Shown: positions 9,536 to 19,564 of the stretch, in pieces | How the letters are laid out: each line of letters opens with the position of its first letter | How positions within the stretch are numbered: position 1 is the stretch's first letter | NCBI GenBank assembly: GCA_045803545.1 | Contig: JBJMOW010000005.1 | Span: 160,001-224,000, forward strand | Source of the DNA: Gemmatimonadaceae bacterium | GTDB taxonomy: Bacteria > Gemmatimonadota > Gemmatimonadetes > Gemmatimonadales > Gemmatimonadaceae | Reading direction: 5' to 3' | DNA length: 64,000 nucleotides | Notes under the pieces: generated by a model | The model's input: the letters and a program-made list of their open reading frames with translations, nothing else | Database searches by the model: none | Told to the model about the DNA's origin: nothing | Position numbers and translations under genes: made by a program

Positions 9536-10932
9536 CGATGCGCTTCGCTCGCTTCCTGACCTGTCTCGCGGCAATCGCTTGTCAGGGGTCATCGAGCGCA
9601 TCGTCGGCACAATCTTCCGCATCCTCGTCGCCAATCGAGGCGACGACAGCCGCAGTGAGCGGCTCGCGACGCACGGCAATTACAGAGGCTGTCTCCCGCG
9701 TCGCGCCAGCAGTCGTCACGGTCCAGACGGAGGTCGTCGAGCGCGTTCCAGCCGACGTATTCGAGCAGTTCTTTGGCGGTAGGTCGGGAACTCGGGCCGC
9801 CGCAGGACTTGGCTCTGGCTTCATCATTCGGCCTGACGGCGCGATCGTCACCAATGCGCACGTGGTCGCGGGAGCGACGCGGATCTCGGTGGCTATGCGC
9901 GACGGGACTACATACCCGGCTCGACTGGTCGGCATCGACGAGACGAATGATCTCGCCGTCCTCAAAATCGATGCCCGCAATCTGCCCGTGTCGCCACTCG
10001 GCAATTCATCCAATCTCCTCATCGGGGAATGGGCGATCGCCATCGGGAATCCGTATGGGTTCATTCTCGCCAACACCGAGCCCAGCGTCACCGTCGGAGT
10101 AGTGAGCGGAACCGGCAGAAATCTCGCCGCGCAGAGCGAGGGATCCGGCGTCTACGTCGACATGATTCAGACCGACGCGTCGATCAATCCGGGCAACTCG
10201 GGTGGCCCGCTGGTGAACGCAGTCGGTGAAGTGATCGGCGTCAATAGCTCGATCTTCTCGCCAAGTGGCGGCTCGGTCGGAATTGGTTTCGCGATCCCGA
10301 TCAATCGTGCCCGGAGAGTCGCCGAGGACCTGCTCGCACACGGTGTGGTGAGGCGGCCTTGGGTCGGCATTCAGCCGCTGCTTTCTCGACCGCAGCCAGG
10401 ACGCGCTCCAACCGCCGGTGTGGTTGTAGCCTCAGTGGTTCCCGGCTCTCCCGCCGAGAAGTCGGGAATTCGCTCCGGTGACGTAATCGTGCGATCGCGC
10501 GACCGTACGCTCAGGAATCCGTACGACTGGTACGCCGAGCTGCTCGAGCTGCGCGTTGGAGAAAGCGACACCATCGTGGTAAAGCGTGGCACCCGTGAAA
10601 TGCCTTTCACCGTCGGCGTCGTCGACCTCCCGGATGTGAACGCACCGCGCGTCACAGTCCTGCGTGAGATCGAGCTGATCACGCTCACCGCGCCGATTCG
10701 CGCGCAGTATCAGATCCAGAGCCGTCAGGGTGCGCTTGTGAACCGCGTCAGTGATCGGGTCCAGCAGCAAATCGGCCTGCAGCAGGGCGATCTGATCGTG
10801 CAGATCAACCGCGCGCCAATCACCCGCGCGGAAGACGTGAATCGGATTCTCACCAGCAATGGACGTGGCATCCTGCAGATGTATTTCGAGCGTGGCGGCC
10901 AGATCTACGCCACCGAGTTCAGTCTCCAGTAG
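9532..10932 (+). CDS. HtrA/DegP-like serine protease with two PDZ domains, probable lipoprotein
   Basis: GSGFII, TNAHVV, DLAVLK, QTDASINPGNSGGPL; lipobox-like AIAC at the N-terminus. Confidence 0.93.
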   Translation: MTMRFARFLTCLAAIACQGSSSASSAQSSASSSPIEATTAAVSGSRRTAITEAVSRVAPAVVTVQTEVVERVPADVFEQFFGGRSGTRAAAGLGSGFIIRPDGAIVTNAHVVAGATRISVAMRDGTTYPARLVGIDETNDLAVLKIDARNLPVSPLGNSSNLLIGEWAIAIGNPYGFILANTEPSVTVGVVSGTGRNLAAQSEGSGVYVDMIQTDASINPGNSGGPLVNAVGEVIGVNSSIFSPSGGSVGIGFAIPINRARRVAEDLLAHGVVRRPWVGIQPLLSRPQPGRAPTAGVVVASVVPGSPAEKSGIRSGDVIVRSRDRTLRNPYDWYAELLELRVGESDTIVVKRGTREMPFTVGVVDLPDVNAPRVTVLREIELITLTAPIRAQYQIQSRQGALVNRVSDRVQQQIGLQQGDLIVQINRAPITRAEDVNRILTSNGRGILQMYFERGGQIYATEFSLQ

Positions 10933-12365
10933 TGGCGAACAACCGCTACAGCTCGCCGCTCGCCGAGCGGTACGCGTCTCAGGCAATGCTGGAGCTGTGG
11001 TCGCCGGCTAGTCGTCACGGACTCTGGCGTCGACTGTGGCTCGCGCTAGCTGAAGCCGAGCGTGAGCTCGGCGTCGAGATTCCCGACGCCGCTACCCGCG
11101 AAATGCGCGCGAACCTCGACAACATCGATTTCGACGTAGTCGCGAAATACGAGAAGCGCTTCCGACACGATGTCATGGCGCACGTCCATGCGTTCGGAGA
11201 TGTTGCGCCGGCGGCGAAAGCGTTCATCCATTTGGGAGCTACCAGCGCGTTCGTCACCGATAACGCCGATCTCATTCTGATGAGGCGCGGATTGTCGCTG
11301 CTGCGTAGTCGGGTTCTCGACGTGCTGCGCGCGCTGGCCGAGTTCGCTGAGAAGTGGCGCGAGCAACCTACACTCGGCTACACCCATCTGCAGCCGGCAC
11401 AGCTTACGACAGTCGGGAAGCGCGCGACTCTTTGGATGCAGGACCTCGTGCTCGACCTCGAGGACATCGACTATCGGCTGCGCACCCTTCCCTTTCGCGG
11501 CGTAAAGGGCACAACCGGAACCCAGGCGAGCTTCCTCGAGCTCTTTGACGGTGATCACGGCAAGGTGAGGCAGCTGGATCGCATCGTGACAGAGAAGATG
11601 TCGTTCCCCGGCCCACTGCCTGTCACCGGCCAGACGTACACGAGAAAACTCGATGCGTTCGTCCTCGGCGTCGTCGCGGGTGTGGCGGCGAGCGCGGCGA
11701 AGTTCAGCGGCGACATCCGGATGCTCCAGGCGTTTGGAGAGATCGAGGAGCCATTCGAGAAGGAACAGGTCGGCTCATCGGCGATGGCTTACAAGCGGAA
11801 TCCGATGCGTTCGGAACGAATCGCCTCTCTGGCCCGGTTCGTAAACTCGCTCGAGGGCAACGCGAATCAGACGCATGCTGTGCAGTACTTTGAGCGGACG
11901 CTCGACGACAGCGCCAATCGCAGGTTGGTAATTCCCGAGATGTTTCTCGCGACCGATGCGATCATGCTGCTGATGGCGAACGTCGCGAGCGGACTCGAGG
12001 TGCACCCCGCAGTGATCAATCGGCGTTTGAGCGCCGAGCTGCCGTTCATGGCAACCGAGCAGCTGATCGTGCGAGCGGTGCGCGCCGGAGGAGATCGCCA
12101 GGTTGTGCATGAAACGATTCGCAAGCACAGCCTCGCCGCCGCAGCTGCACTCAAGGACGGCGCCGATTCGAACGACCTGCTGGAGCGCCTCGGCCGCGAC
12201 AAGTCTTTCGGCGTCAAGCTCGAAGATCTGCGCGGCGCGATCGAACCCAGGCGCTTCATCGGCCGCGCACCAGAACAGGTCGACGAGTTTCTACGTGATG
12301 TCATCGCACCGTTATTCAGCAGCGAAGTGAGTCGCCCCGAAATCGCCGAGGAGATTCGCGTCTGA
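10932..12365 (+). CDS. purB: Adenylosuccinate lyase
   Basis: [31 protein letters not shown] signature. Confidence 0.96.
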   Translation: MANNRYSSPLAERYASQAMLELWSPASRHGLWRRLWLALAEAERELGVEIPDAATREMRANLDNIDFDVVAKYEKRFRHDVMAHVHAFGDVAPAAKAFIHLGATSAFVTDNADLILMRRGLSLLRSRVLDVLRALAEFAEKWREQPTLGYTHLQPAQLTTVGKRATLWMQDLVLDLEDIDYRLRTLPFRGVKGTTGTQASFLELFDGDHGKVRQLDRIVTEKMSFPGPLPVTGQTYTRKLDAFVLGVVAGVAASAAKFSGDIRMLQAFGEIEEPFEKEQVGSSAMAYKRNPMRSERIASLARFVNSLEGNANQTHAVQYFERTLDDSANRRLVIPEMFLATDAIMLLMANVASGLEVHPAVINRRLSAELPFMATEQLIVRAVRAGGDRQVVHETIRKHSLAAAAALKDGADSNDLLERLGRDKSFGVKLEDLRGAIEPRRFIGRAPEQVDEFLRDVIAPLFSSEVSRPEIAEEIRV

Positions 12366-13306
12366 TGCTGATGCAAACGAGCTCATTGCCGTTGAACACT
12401 CTGCGTCGCGGCAAAGTGCGCGATGTGTACGAAGTCGATGATGACCGCGTTCTGCTCGTCGCCACCGATCGCGTCAGCGCATTCGACGTCGTGATGAATG
12501 AGACGATCCCTCGCAAGGGGGCCGTGCTCACACAGATCACTGCCTGGTGGTTGAGGCAGCTGGAGAATCGAGTCGCGCATCACATGATTTCGGCCGACAC
12601 ATCGGAAATAGTCCAACAGGTGCCGCAACTCCGCGAGCACGAGTCGGATCTGAGCGGACGCGCGATGCTGTGCCGGCGCACGGCGGTATTCCCGATTGAG
12701 TGCGTCGTGCGTGGATACATCTCGGGATCGGCGTGGAAAGAGTATCGTGAGCGCGGGACACTAGCCGGCGAAGCGCTGCCCAAAGGATTGCGCGAATCTG
12801 ACAGGCTCGAGCCGCCGATTTTCAGCCCGGCTACAAAGGCAGAAGAAGGCCACGATGAAAACATCACGATCCCCCAGATGCGTTCGATCGTGGGAGAATC
12901 GGCGGGTGTGGAGCTGGAGCGTCTCTCTCGCGAGATCTACAGCGCCGGTCGGGAGATAGCTGGCAAACGCGGCATCATCATCGCCGACACAAAATTTGAG
13001 TTCGGAAGACCGCTCGGTACTGGGTCGGAACCCTCAGGCGTGGTTATATTGGTGGATGAAGTGCTCACGCCCGACAGTTCGCGCTTCTGGCCGGCAGACC
13101 GATATGAGCCCGGGCACGGACAACCCAGCTTCGACAAGCAACCGCTCCGCGACTATCTCGACGCCGAAAGGCGGGCGGGACGCTGGGATGGGAACTACCC
13201 GCCGCCGAGGCTTCCGAAAGAAGTGATCGAAGCCACGAGCGAGCGCTATCTGGACATTTATCGCCGGCTGACCGGACACTCACTCGACCCTAACGGCTCA
13301 CATTGA
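12365..13306 (+). CDS. purC: SAICAR synthase
   Basis: [47 protein letters not shown]. Confidence 0.97.
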   Translation: MLMQTSSLPLNTLRRGKVRDVYEVDDDRVLLVATDRVSAFDVVMNETIPRKGAVLTQITAWWLRQLENRVAHHMISADTSEIVQQVPQLREHESDLSGRAMLCRRTAVFPIECVVRGYISGSAWKEYRERGTLAGEALPKGLRESDRLEPPIFSPATKAEEGHDENITIPQMRSIVGESAGVELERLSREIYSAGREIAGKRGIIIADTKFEFGRPLGTGSEPSGVVILVDEVLTPDSSRFWPADRYEPGHGQPSFDKQPLRDYLDAERRAGRWDGNYPPPRLPKEVIEATSERYLDIYRRLTGHSLDPNGSH

Positions 13307-13953
13307 ACTTCGCGCGCGAAGGCCTCCTGTTCATCGCGATAGCCGCGCTCATCGCGGCTGGCGCATTCAGCTTCGCGATCTACAGACGCTCATGGGGACT
13401 CTGGCTGCTTGCGTTCGTTCTGCTGCTCCTCGCGCTCTGGGTTGCGTACTTCTTCCGCGATCCTGAGCGGACAGGTCAGCGTGGAGCGTCGCTGGTCGTA
13501 TCCCCTGCCGACGGCAAGCTGATCATGATCACCGAGGTCGACGAGCCCGCGTTCATCAAGGGGCGAGCTGTCAGGCTTTCGATCTTCATGAATGTGTTCA
13601 ACGTCCACGTCAATCGTTATCCGGTCGACGGCGCCGTCAGCTACATCCACTACAACAAGGGCAAGTTTTTCAACGCGGCAGCGGAGAAGTCGAGCCTCGA
13701 AAACGAGCAGATGTCGGTGGGCATCCACAGCGGCAAGTACCGCGTGCTGGTGCGCCAGATCGCCGGTTTGATCGCCCGACGCATCGTCACCTACAGCAAG
13801 GTGGGCGACACCGTTAAACAGGGCGACCGCATGGGGATTATTCGTTTCGGGTCCCGGGTCGACGTATTCCTGCCGCCCGGCACCAGGGTGCTCGCCAAGC
13901 TTGGTGACGCCACCGTCGCTGGCGTGACAATACTCGGGGATCTTCCAAAGTGA
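13303..13953 (+). CDS. psd: Phosphatidylserine decarboxylase proenzyme
   Basis: [41 protein letters not shown] self-cleavage motif. Confidence 0.95.
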   Translation: MNFAREGLLFIAIAALIAAGAFSFAIYRRSWGLWLLAFVLLLLALWVAYFFRDPERTGQRGASLVVSPADGKLIMITEVDEPAFIKGRAVRLSIFMNVFNVHVNRYPVDGAVSYIHYNKGKFFNAAAEKSSLENEQMSVGIHSGKYRVLVRQIAGLIARRIVTYSKVGDTVKQGDRMGIIRFGSRVDVFLPPGTRVLAKLGDATVAGVTILGDLPK

Positions 13954-14918
13954 CGCCTCCGCTGACGAACGAGCCGGCGCGTCCCTATCGCGGCGCCGAG
14001 GAGCGCGAAGGTCCACGCCGCGCGGTAATCGTCCTGCCCAATGGATTCACGCTGGCGTCGCTCTTCTTCGGAATGTTTGCGATTGTCGCTGCGTCGCGCA
14101 GCGAGTTCGACACCGCAGGACTCTATGTGGTGTTCGGGGGGATCTGCGACGCACTCGATGGGAGGGTTGCGCGCGCGACCGGCACCGGGTCGCGATTTGG
14201 ATCGGAGCTGGATTCGCTCGTCGACGCTATCACGTTTGGTCTGGCACCGGCGATGATCATGTACTTCGCCGTACTCAATCGAAACGGCTGGGACTGGATT
14301 TTCGCGTTCATTTTCACGGCGTGCGCGGTGATCAGACTCGCGCGCTTCAACGTCGAGCAGGCCGGACGCGCCAAGAAATACTTTCACGGGCTTCCCAGCC
14401 CCGCGGCGGGAATGACGCTGGCGACTTACTACTGGTTCAGTCAGACGCCCCTCTACAACCAGACCGTCGTCGGTGATCTCAATTGGACGGTGGCACTGCG
14501 CTGGGTGATGCTTGGGCTCGGCGCGCTGATGATCAGCAACGTCTCTTATCCGGCTGTTCCCACAGTCGGCTTCAGAAAGATCAGTGAGATCCTGGGGACG
14601 CTTGCGGTTGTCGCGACGCTCGTCGGAGTGCTTTTCCTGCGCAAGGAATTTTATTTCCCCGCCCTGATCTGTTACGTGCTGTATGGCATCGCCAAGACCG
14701 TGCTGTTCGGGCTGTTCGATCGCAGGCCGAAGGGGGATTCGCCCGTGATCGATGATGAGGGGCCATTCTTAGTGGCTGCGGATGGAGTGGCTGAGCCAAT
14801 CGGCGATGGACCGCGTCACCGTCGTCGGCGCCGGCGTCGGCGTGGACCGGGCGGCGGCGGCCCGCCGCGCGGTGGTGGCAACTTCTCACCGCCGGGCCCC
14901 AGTGGAGGAACGTCTTGA
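13950..14918 (+). CDS. pssA: CDP-diacylglycerol--serine O-phosphatidyltransferase
   Basis: CDP-alcohol motif DALDGRVAR...G.ELDSLVD, RLARFN, GLPSPAA; adjacent to psd. Confidence 0.93.
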   Translation: MTPPLTNEPARPYRGAEEREGPRRAVIVLPNGFTLASLFFGMFAIVAASRSEFDTAGLYVVFGGICDALDGRVARATGTGSRFGSELDSLVDAITFGLAPAMIMYFAVLNRNGWDWIFAFIFTACAVIRLARFNVEQAGRAKKYFHGLPSPAAGMTLATYYWFSQTPLYNQTVVGDLNWTVALRWVMLGLGALMISNVSYPAVPTVGFRKISEILGTLAVVATLVGVLFLRKEFYFPALICYVLYGIAKTVLFGLFDRRPKGDSPVIDDEGPFLVAADGVAEPIGDGPRHRRRRRRRRGPGGGGPPRGGGNFSPPGPSGGTS

Positions 14919-15175
14919 TGGGAAAATTCCGCATCGCCGTTCACATCACGCCACGCAAAGGACTGCTGGATCCGCAAGGGAACGCGGTGAAAGATGCTCT
15001 CCACACCCTCGGATTTGAGAGCGTAAAAGAAGTCCACGTCGGTCGCTACATCATTCTCGAGGTGGACGCGTACGATGCAATCGCGGCGGAAGAGACCGGG
15101 ACCGACATGTGCCGCAAGCTCCTGGCGAATCCGGTGACTGAAGACTTCGAAATTGAATCGGCGGTGCACGCATGA
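14915..15175 (+). CDS. purS: FGAM synthase subunit PurS
   Basis: [18 protein letters not shown] at 14918 is an alternative start. Confidence 0.95.
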   Translation: MMGKFRIAVHITPRKGLLDPQGNAVKDALHTLGFESVKEVHVGRYIILEVDAYDAIAAEETGTDMCRKLLANPVTEDFEIESAVHA

Positions 15176-15864
15176 AATTCGGGATCATCACCTTCCCTGG
15201 GTCCAATTGCGACTATGACGCGTATCACGCGATTACGGACGTGCTCGGTGAAGACGCAGTCTATCTGTGGCACAAGGATCATGACCTTCAGGGTTCGGAT
15301 GTGATCATTCTGCCTGGCGGGTTCAGTTACGGTGATTATCTCCGGGCCGGAGCGATCGCGCGATTCAGCGCGATCATGCAGGAAGTTGTTGCACACGCTA
15401 AATCGGGTGGGCCGGTGCTTGGTATCTGCAACGGATTTCAGATCGCGTGCGAGGCTGGTCTGTTGCCCGGCGCGTTGATGCGCAACTCACACCTGCAGTT
15501 CGTGTCCGACGCCGTTCGCATCCGCGTCGAGAATACCGACACGATGTTCACCAATCTGTATGAGCGCGGCGAAATTCTCCGCATACCGGTCGCGCACGGA
15601 GATGGACGCTTCGTTGCAAGCAAGGAGACCCTCGACCAGCTGGAAGGCGAAGGCCGAGTGGTTTTCCGCTATGCTGACGCGACCGGCAAGGTTACGCCGG
15701 AGGCCAACCCGAACGGATCAGAGCGCAACATCGCCGGCGTGATCAGCGACGCAGGCAATGTGCTGGGCTTGATGCCACATCCCGAGCGCGCGTGCAGTCC
15801 CTTACTTGGCTCCAGCGATGGAGTTCGTTTGCTCGAATCGATCCTCACCAAAGTGGCGGCCTGA
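15172..15864 (+). CDS. purQ: FGAM synthase glutaminase subunit PurQ
   Basis: [36 protein letters not shown]. Confidence 0.97.
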   Translation: MKFGIITFPGSNCDYDAYHAITDVLGEDAVYLWHKDHDLQGSDVIILPGGFSYGDYLRAGAIARFSAIMQEVVAHAKSGGPVLGICNGFQIACEAGLLPGALMRNSHLQFVSDAVRIRVENTDTMFTNLYERGEILRIPVAHGDGRFVASKETLDQLEGEGRVVFRYADATGKVTPEANPNGSERNIAGVISDAGNVLGLMPHPERACSPLLGSSDGVRLLESILTKVAA

Positions 15865-15865
15865 C

Positions 15866-18172
15866 GTGTCCGAAGTAGCGCCCCGCCCGGGCGATCCAGT
15901 CATTACACCGGCGCTCGTCGCGGAGCACGGCCTGACGCGCGAGGAATTCGAGCGTCTGAGAACAATGCTTGGGCGCGAGCCGACGTTCACCGAGCTCGGC
16001 ATCATCAGCGCACTTTGGAGCGAGCACTGCTCGTACAAGCATTCACGCCCGATTTTGAAGACCTTGCCGACGTCGGCGCCGCACGTGCTGCAGGGACCGG
16101 GCGAGAACGCAGGCGTGATCTCGATCGGAGATGGACTCGCCGTCGCATTCAAGATCGAGTCACACAATCATCCGTCAGCGGTCGAGCCGTACCAGGGCGC
16201 GGCGACTGGCGTTGGTGGGATTCTGCGCGACGTCTTCACGATGGGCGCTCGACCGATCGCGATGCTCAACTCGCTGCGATTTGGCAGTCTCGATGATTCG
16301 CGAGTCCGCTACCTGTTCGCGGGTGTCGTCAAAGGCATCGGCGATTACGGGAACTGCGTCGGCATTCCCACCGTCGCGGGCGAGATCGTGTTCGATCCCT
16401 CGTACGAAAAGAATCCTCTGGTAAACGCGATGTGCGTCGGACTGATGCACGAAGAAGATCTCATTCGCGCCAAAGCCGAGGGCGTCGGCAATCCAATCAT
16501 GGCGGTTGGCGCGCGGACGGGACGTGATGGCATTCACGGCGCGTCGTTCGCATCGGAAGATTTATCGGAGGCAAGCGATGCGAAGCGCCCGCGCATTCAG
16601 GTCGGTGATCCGTTCACCGAAAAACTGCTGCTCGAGGCGAGTCTCGAGCTGATCAAGAGCGGTCACATCGTCGCCATTCAGGATATGGGCGCGGCCGGCC
16701 TGACGTCGTCGTCAGCTGAAATGGCCGAGCGCGGCGACGTCGGGGTGACGATTGATGTCACCAGGATGCCGACACGCGAGAGTGGCATGACGCCCTACGA
16801 GATTCTGCTCAGCGAGTCGCAGGAGCGAATGCTCGTCGTCGCCAGAAAAGGTCATGAAGATGCGGTGCGCGACATTCTCACCAAATGGGATCTCACCGCC
16901 GCCGTCATCGGCGAAGTCATCAGCGACCCTGTGTATCGAGTGACGGAGGGTTCTCGTGTCGTCGCTGAGTTTCCGGGTTCGCGGCTCGTCACCGACTGTC
17001 CCGTCTATACGCCCGATGCCCGCGAGTCCTCGGAGATAGTCGAGCTACGGTCGGTCGATCCGTCGTCGATTCCGGAACTAGCCGACGAAAAGGACCACTG
17101 CTGGACGCTCGAGCGATTGCTCTCCACTCCGACGATCGCGAGCAAGACCTGGGCGTACCGTCAGTACGATTCGACAGTACGCACGAACACCGTCCTTGGT
17201 CCGGGTGGTGATGCGGCGGTTCTCCGCGTTCGCGGCACCAACAAGGCGATCGCGCTGAAGACCGACTGCAACGGGCGCTACGTCTATCTCGACCCCCGCG
17301 TGGGCGGCCGGATCGCAGTGGCGGAAGCAGCGCGCAATGTGGCCTGCACCGGTGCTCGTCCGATGGCGATCACGAATTGTCTGAACTTCGGCAATCCGAC
17401 GCGACCGGAGGTATTCTTCCAGTTCAGGGAAGCGGTGGCAGGAATGGGCGAAGCATGTCGGGCTCTTGGGACACCGGTGACCGGCGGCAACGTGTCGTTC
17501 TATAACGAAAGTCCGACGAGCGCCGTGTATCCAACGCCAGTAATCGGTATGGTCGGCTTAATCGAAGATCTCGCTCACGTGACGCGCGCTTCGTTCCAGC
17601 ACGACGGCGATACCATCCTCTTGCTGGGTGAGATGGACGGGGAGCTCGGCGGTAGCGAGTATCTGGCGACGATTCACGGAGAAGTCGTCGGGGCTGCCCC
17701 ACGCTGTGATCCGGTGCGTGAGAAAGCGGTGATCGATGCTTTGCTCGAATCGATCCAGTCGGGCTCGGTGAGCTCGGCGCATGATTGTAGCGATGGCGGG
17801 CTCGCGGTTGCACTGGCCGAGTGCTGCATCTCAAACGTCGATTGCCTGAGCGGAGCAGAGATTGATTTGTCGCGTTTCACCGCGCTTGCGGACCGGGCGA
17901 TCCTTTTCGGCGAGACTCAGGGGCGCGTCGTGGTCTCGAGCGGAGCACCTGAGCGGGTGTTGGAGATTGCAAACCGACACGGAGTCCCCTGTACTCAAAT
18001 CGGTCGAGTTCGCCGGCACTCCGACATTCTCGAGATCACACTGCCCAAATCTTCGCTCCGCGCGCCGTTGCCACGCCTCAAAAGCGCTTATCATGAATCG
18101 ATTCCCTCGATCATGAGCCGAACCCCCGAACACGCAACTTTCGACGAATTATCGCAGGTGGCTGCGCACTGA
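15866..18172 (+). CDS. purL: FGAM synthase subunit PurL
   Basis: [39 protein letters not shown]. Start reassigned to GTG at 15866, just after the purQ stop. Confidence 0.97.
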   Translation: MSEVAPRPGDPVITPALVAEHGLTREEFERLRTMLGREPTFTELGIISALWSEHCSYKHSRPILKTLPTSAPHVLQGPGENAGVISIGDGLAVAFKIESHNHPSAVEPYQGAATGVGGILRDVFTMGARPIAMLNSLRFGSLDDSRVRYLFAGVVKGIGDYGNCVGIPTVAGEIVFDPSYEKNPLVNAMCVGLMHEEDLIRAKAEGVGNPIMAVGARTGRDGIHGASFASEDLSEASDAKRPRIQVGDPFTEKLLLEASLELIKSGHIVAIQDMGAAGLTSSSAEMAERGDVGVTIDVTRMPTRESGMTPYEILLSESQERMLVVARKGHEDAVRDILTKWDLTAAVIGEVISDPVYRVTEGSRVVAEFPGSRLVTDCPVYTPDARESSEIVELRSVDPSSIPELADEKDHCWTLERLLSTPTIASKTWAYRQYDSTVRTNTVLGPGGDAAVLRVRGTNKAIALKTDCNGRYVYLDPRVGGRIAVAEAARNVACTGARPMAITNCLNFGNPTRPEVFFQFREAVAGMGEACRALGTPVTGGNVSFYNESPTSAVYPTPVIGMVGLIEDLAHVTRASFQHDGDTILLLGEMDGELGGSEYLATIHGEVVGAAPRCDPVREKAVIDALLESIQSGSVSSAHDCSDGGLAVALAECCISNVDCLSGAEIDLSRFTALADRAILFGETQGRVVVSSGAPERVLEIANRHGVPCTQIGRVRRHSDILEITLPKSSLRAPLPRLKSAYHESIPSIMSRTPEHATFDELSQVAAH

Positions 18173-18173
18173 T

Positions 18174-19556
18174 ATGTGTGGAATCTTCGGCATTTACGGA
18201 CACGATAACGCGGCAGCGATGACGCACTTGGGACTTTACTCACTGCAGCATCGCGGGCAGGAGTCCACTGGAATCGTCGCTACCGACATCGAGCTTGGGG
18301 CGCGCGCACTCAAGAAAATGGGTTTGGTCTCCGAGGGGATCAGCGCCACCGACGCCCAGAACCTGCGCGGTGATATCGCGATTGGCCACACTCGTTACAG
18401 CACGGCGGGTTCCTCGACGATCGAGAACGCGCAGCCCGTTTTGGCGCGCGTGAAAGACGGCCACATCGCGCTCGCGCACAATGGGAATCTCACCAACGCG
18501 AGTGAGCTGCGACGGGAGCTCGAAGATGCGGGCTCGATCTTCAGTTCGACCATGGATTCTGAGGTGTTGGTACACAGAATGGCGCGCTCGACGTCGGAGA
18601 AGCCTGAAGCGCGTCTGGCAGATGCGCTGCAAGGCGTCGAGGGTGCGTATTGCCTGGTGGTGGTTGTCGGCCGGACGTTGCTCGCTGCGCGCGATCCTCG
18701 CGGCTGGCGCCCATTGGTGATGGGGCGGCTCGGAGATGCCGTCGTCTTCGCGTCCGAGAGCTGCGCGCTCGATCTGCTTGGCGCGACGCTCGAACGAGAG
18801 ATAAAGCGTGGAGAGATTGTCGCCGTCGACAGTGATGGAGTGCGCTCCATTTCTCCGCTCGAGCAGAAAGAATCCCGCAAGTGCGTCTTCGAATTCGTCT
18901 ATTTCTCGCGACCGGATAGCTACGTGTTTGGCGGCTCGGTCGACCGTGCCCGCCGAGAGCTCGGCCGCAGACTGGCGCGCGACTTCCCCGCTCCGAATGC
19001 CGACCTGGTCTTCAGCGTTCCGGACTCATCGAACTCAGCGGCGCTTGGCTTCGCAGAACAGTCCGGGCTACCGCTGGAGCTCGCCCTCATTCGCAATCAC
19101 TATGTTGGACGGACCTTCATTCAGCCGACCCAAACGGGTCGCGACGCAAAAGTAAGAGTCAAATACAATGCGGTCCGCGAGGTGCTCAACGGCAAGAGCG
19201 TAGTGATGGTGGATGACTCGATCGTTCGCGGCACCACCACACGCGGTCTGGTGAATATGGTCCGCGCTGCCGGCGCAACCGAAGTGCACTTACGGGTCAG
19301 CTCTTCGCCAGTGACTGGCCCATGCTATTACGGCATCGATACTCCGACGCGCGAGGAGTTGATCGCCGCGAACATGAGCATCGAGGAGATTACTCAGCAC
19401 GTTGGCGCGGATACCCTCGGCTACTTGTCGCTCGACGGTATGCTGGAGTCGGTGCCCAGCGGCCCCGAAGGCTTTTGCCACGCCTGCTTCTCCGGTGACT
19501 ACCCAACGCCGCCACCGGCCGATCCCGAGAAGCTGCGCTTCGGTTGTGGCTGCTGA
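18174..19556 (+). CDS. purF: Amidophosphoribosyltransferase
   Basis: N-terminal MCGIFG, QHRGQES, GHTRYST, VDDSIVRGTT, Fe-S cysteines. Confidence 0.97.
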   Translation: MCGIFGIYGHDNAAAMTHLGLYSLQHRGQESTGIVATDIELGARALKKMGLVSEGISATDAQNLRGDIAIGHTRYSTAGSSTIENAQPVLARVKDGHIALAHNGNLTNASELRRELEDAGSIFSSTMDSEVLVHRMARSTSEKPEARLADALQGVEGAYCLVVVVGRTLLAARDPRGWRPLVMGRLGDAVVFASESCALDLLGATLEREIKRGEIVAVDSDGVRSISPLEQKESRKCVFEFVYFSRPDSYVFGGSVDRARRELGRRLARDFPAPNADLVFSVPDSSNSAALGFAEQSGLPLELALIRNHYVGRTFIQPTQTGRDAKVRVKYNAVREVLNGKSVVMVDDSIVRGTTTRGLVNMVRAAGATEVHLRVSSSPVTGPCYYGIDTPTREELIAANMSIEEITQHVGADTLGYLSLDGMLESVPSGPEGFCHACFSGDYPTPPPADPEKLRFGCGC

Positions 19557-19564
19557 CGGATACG

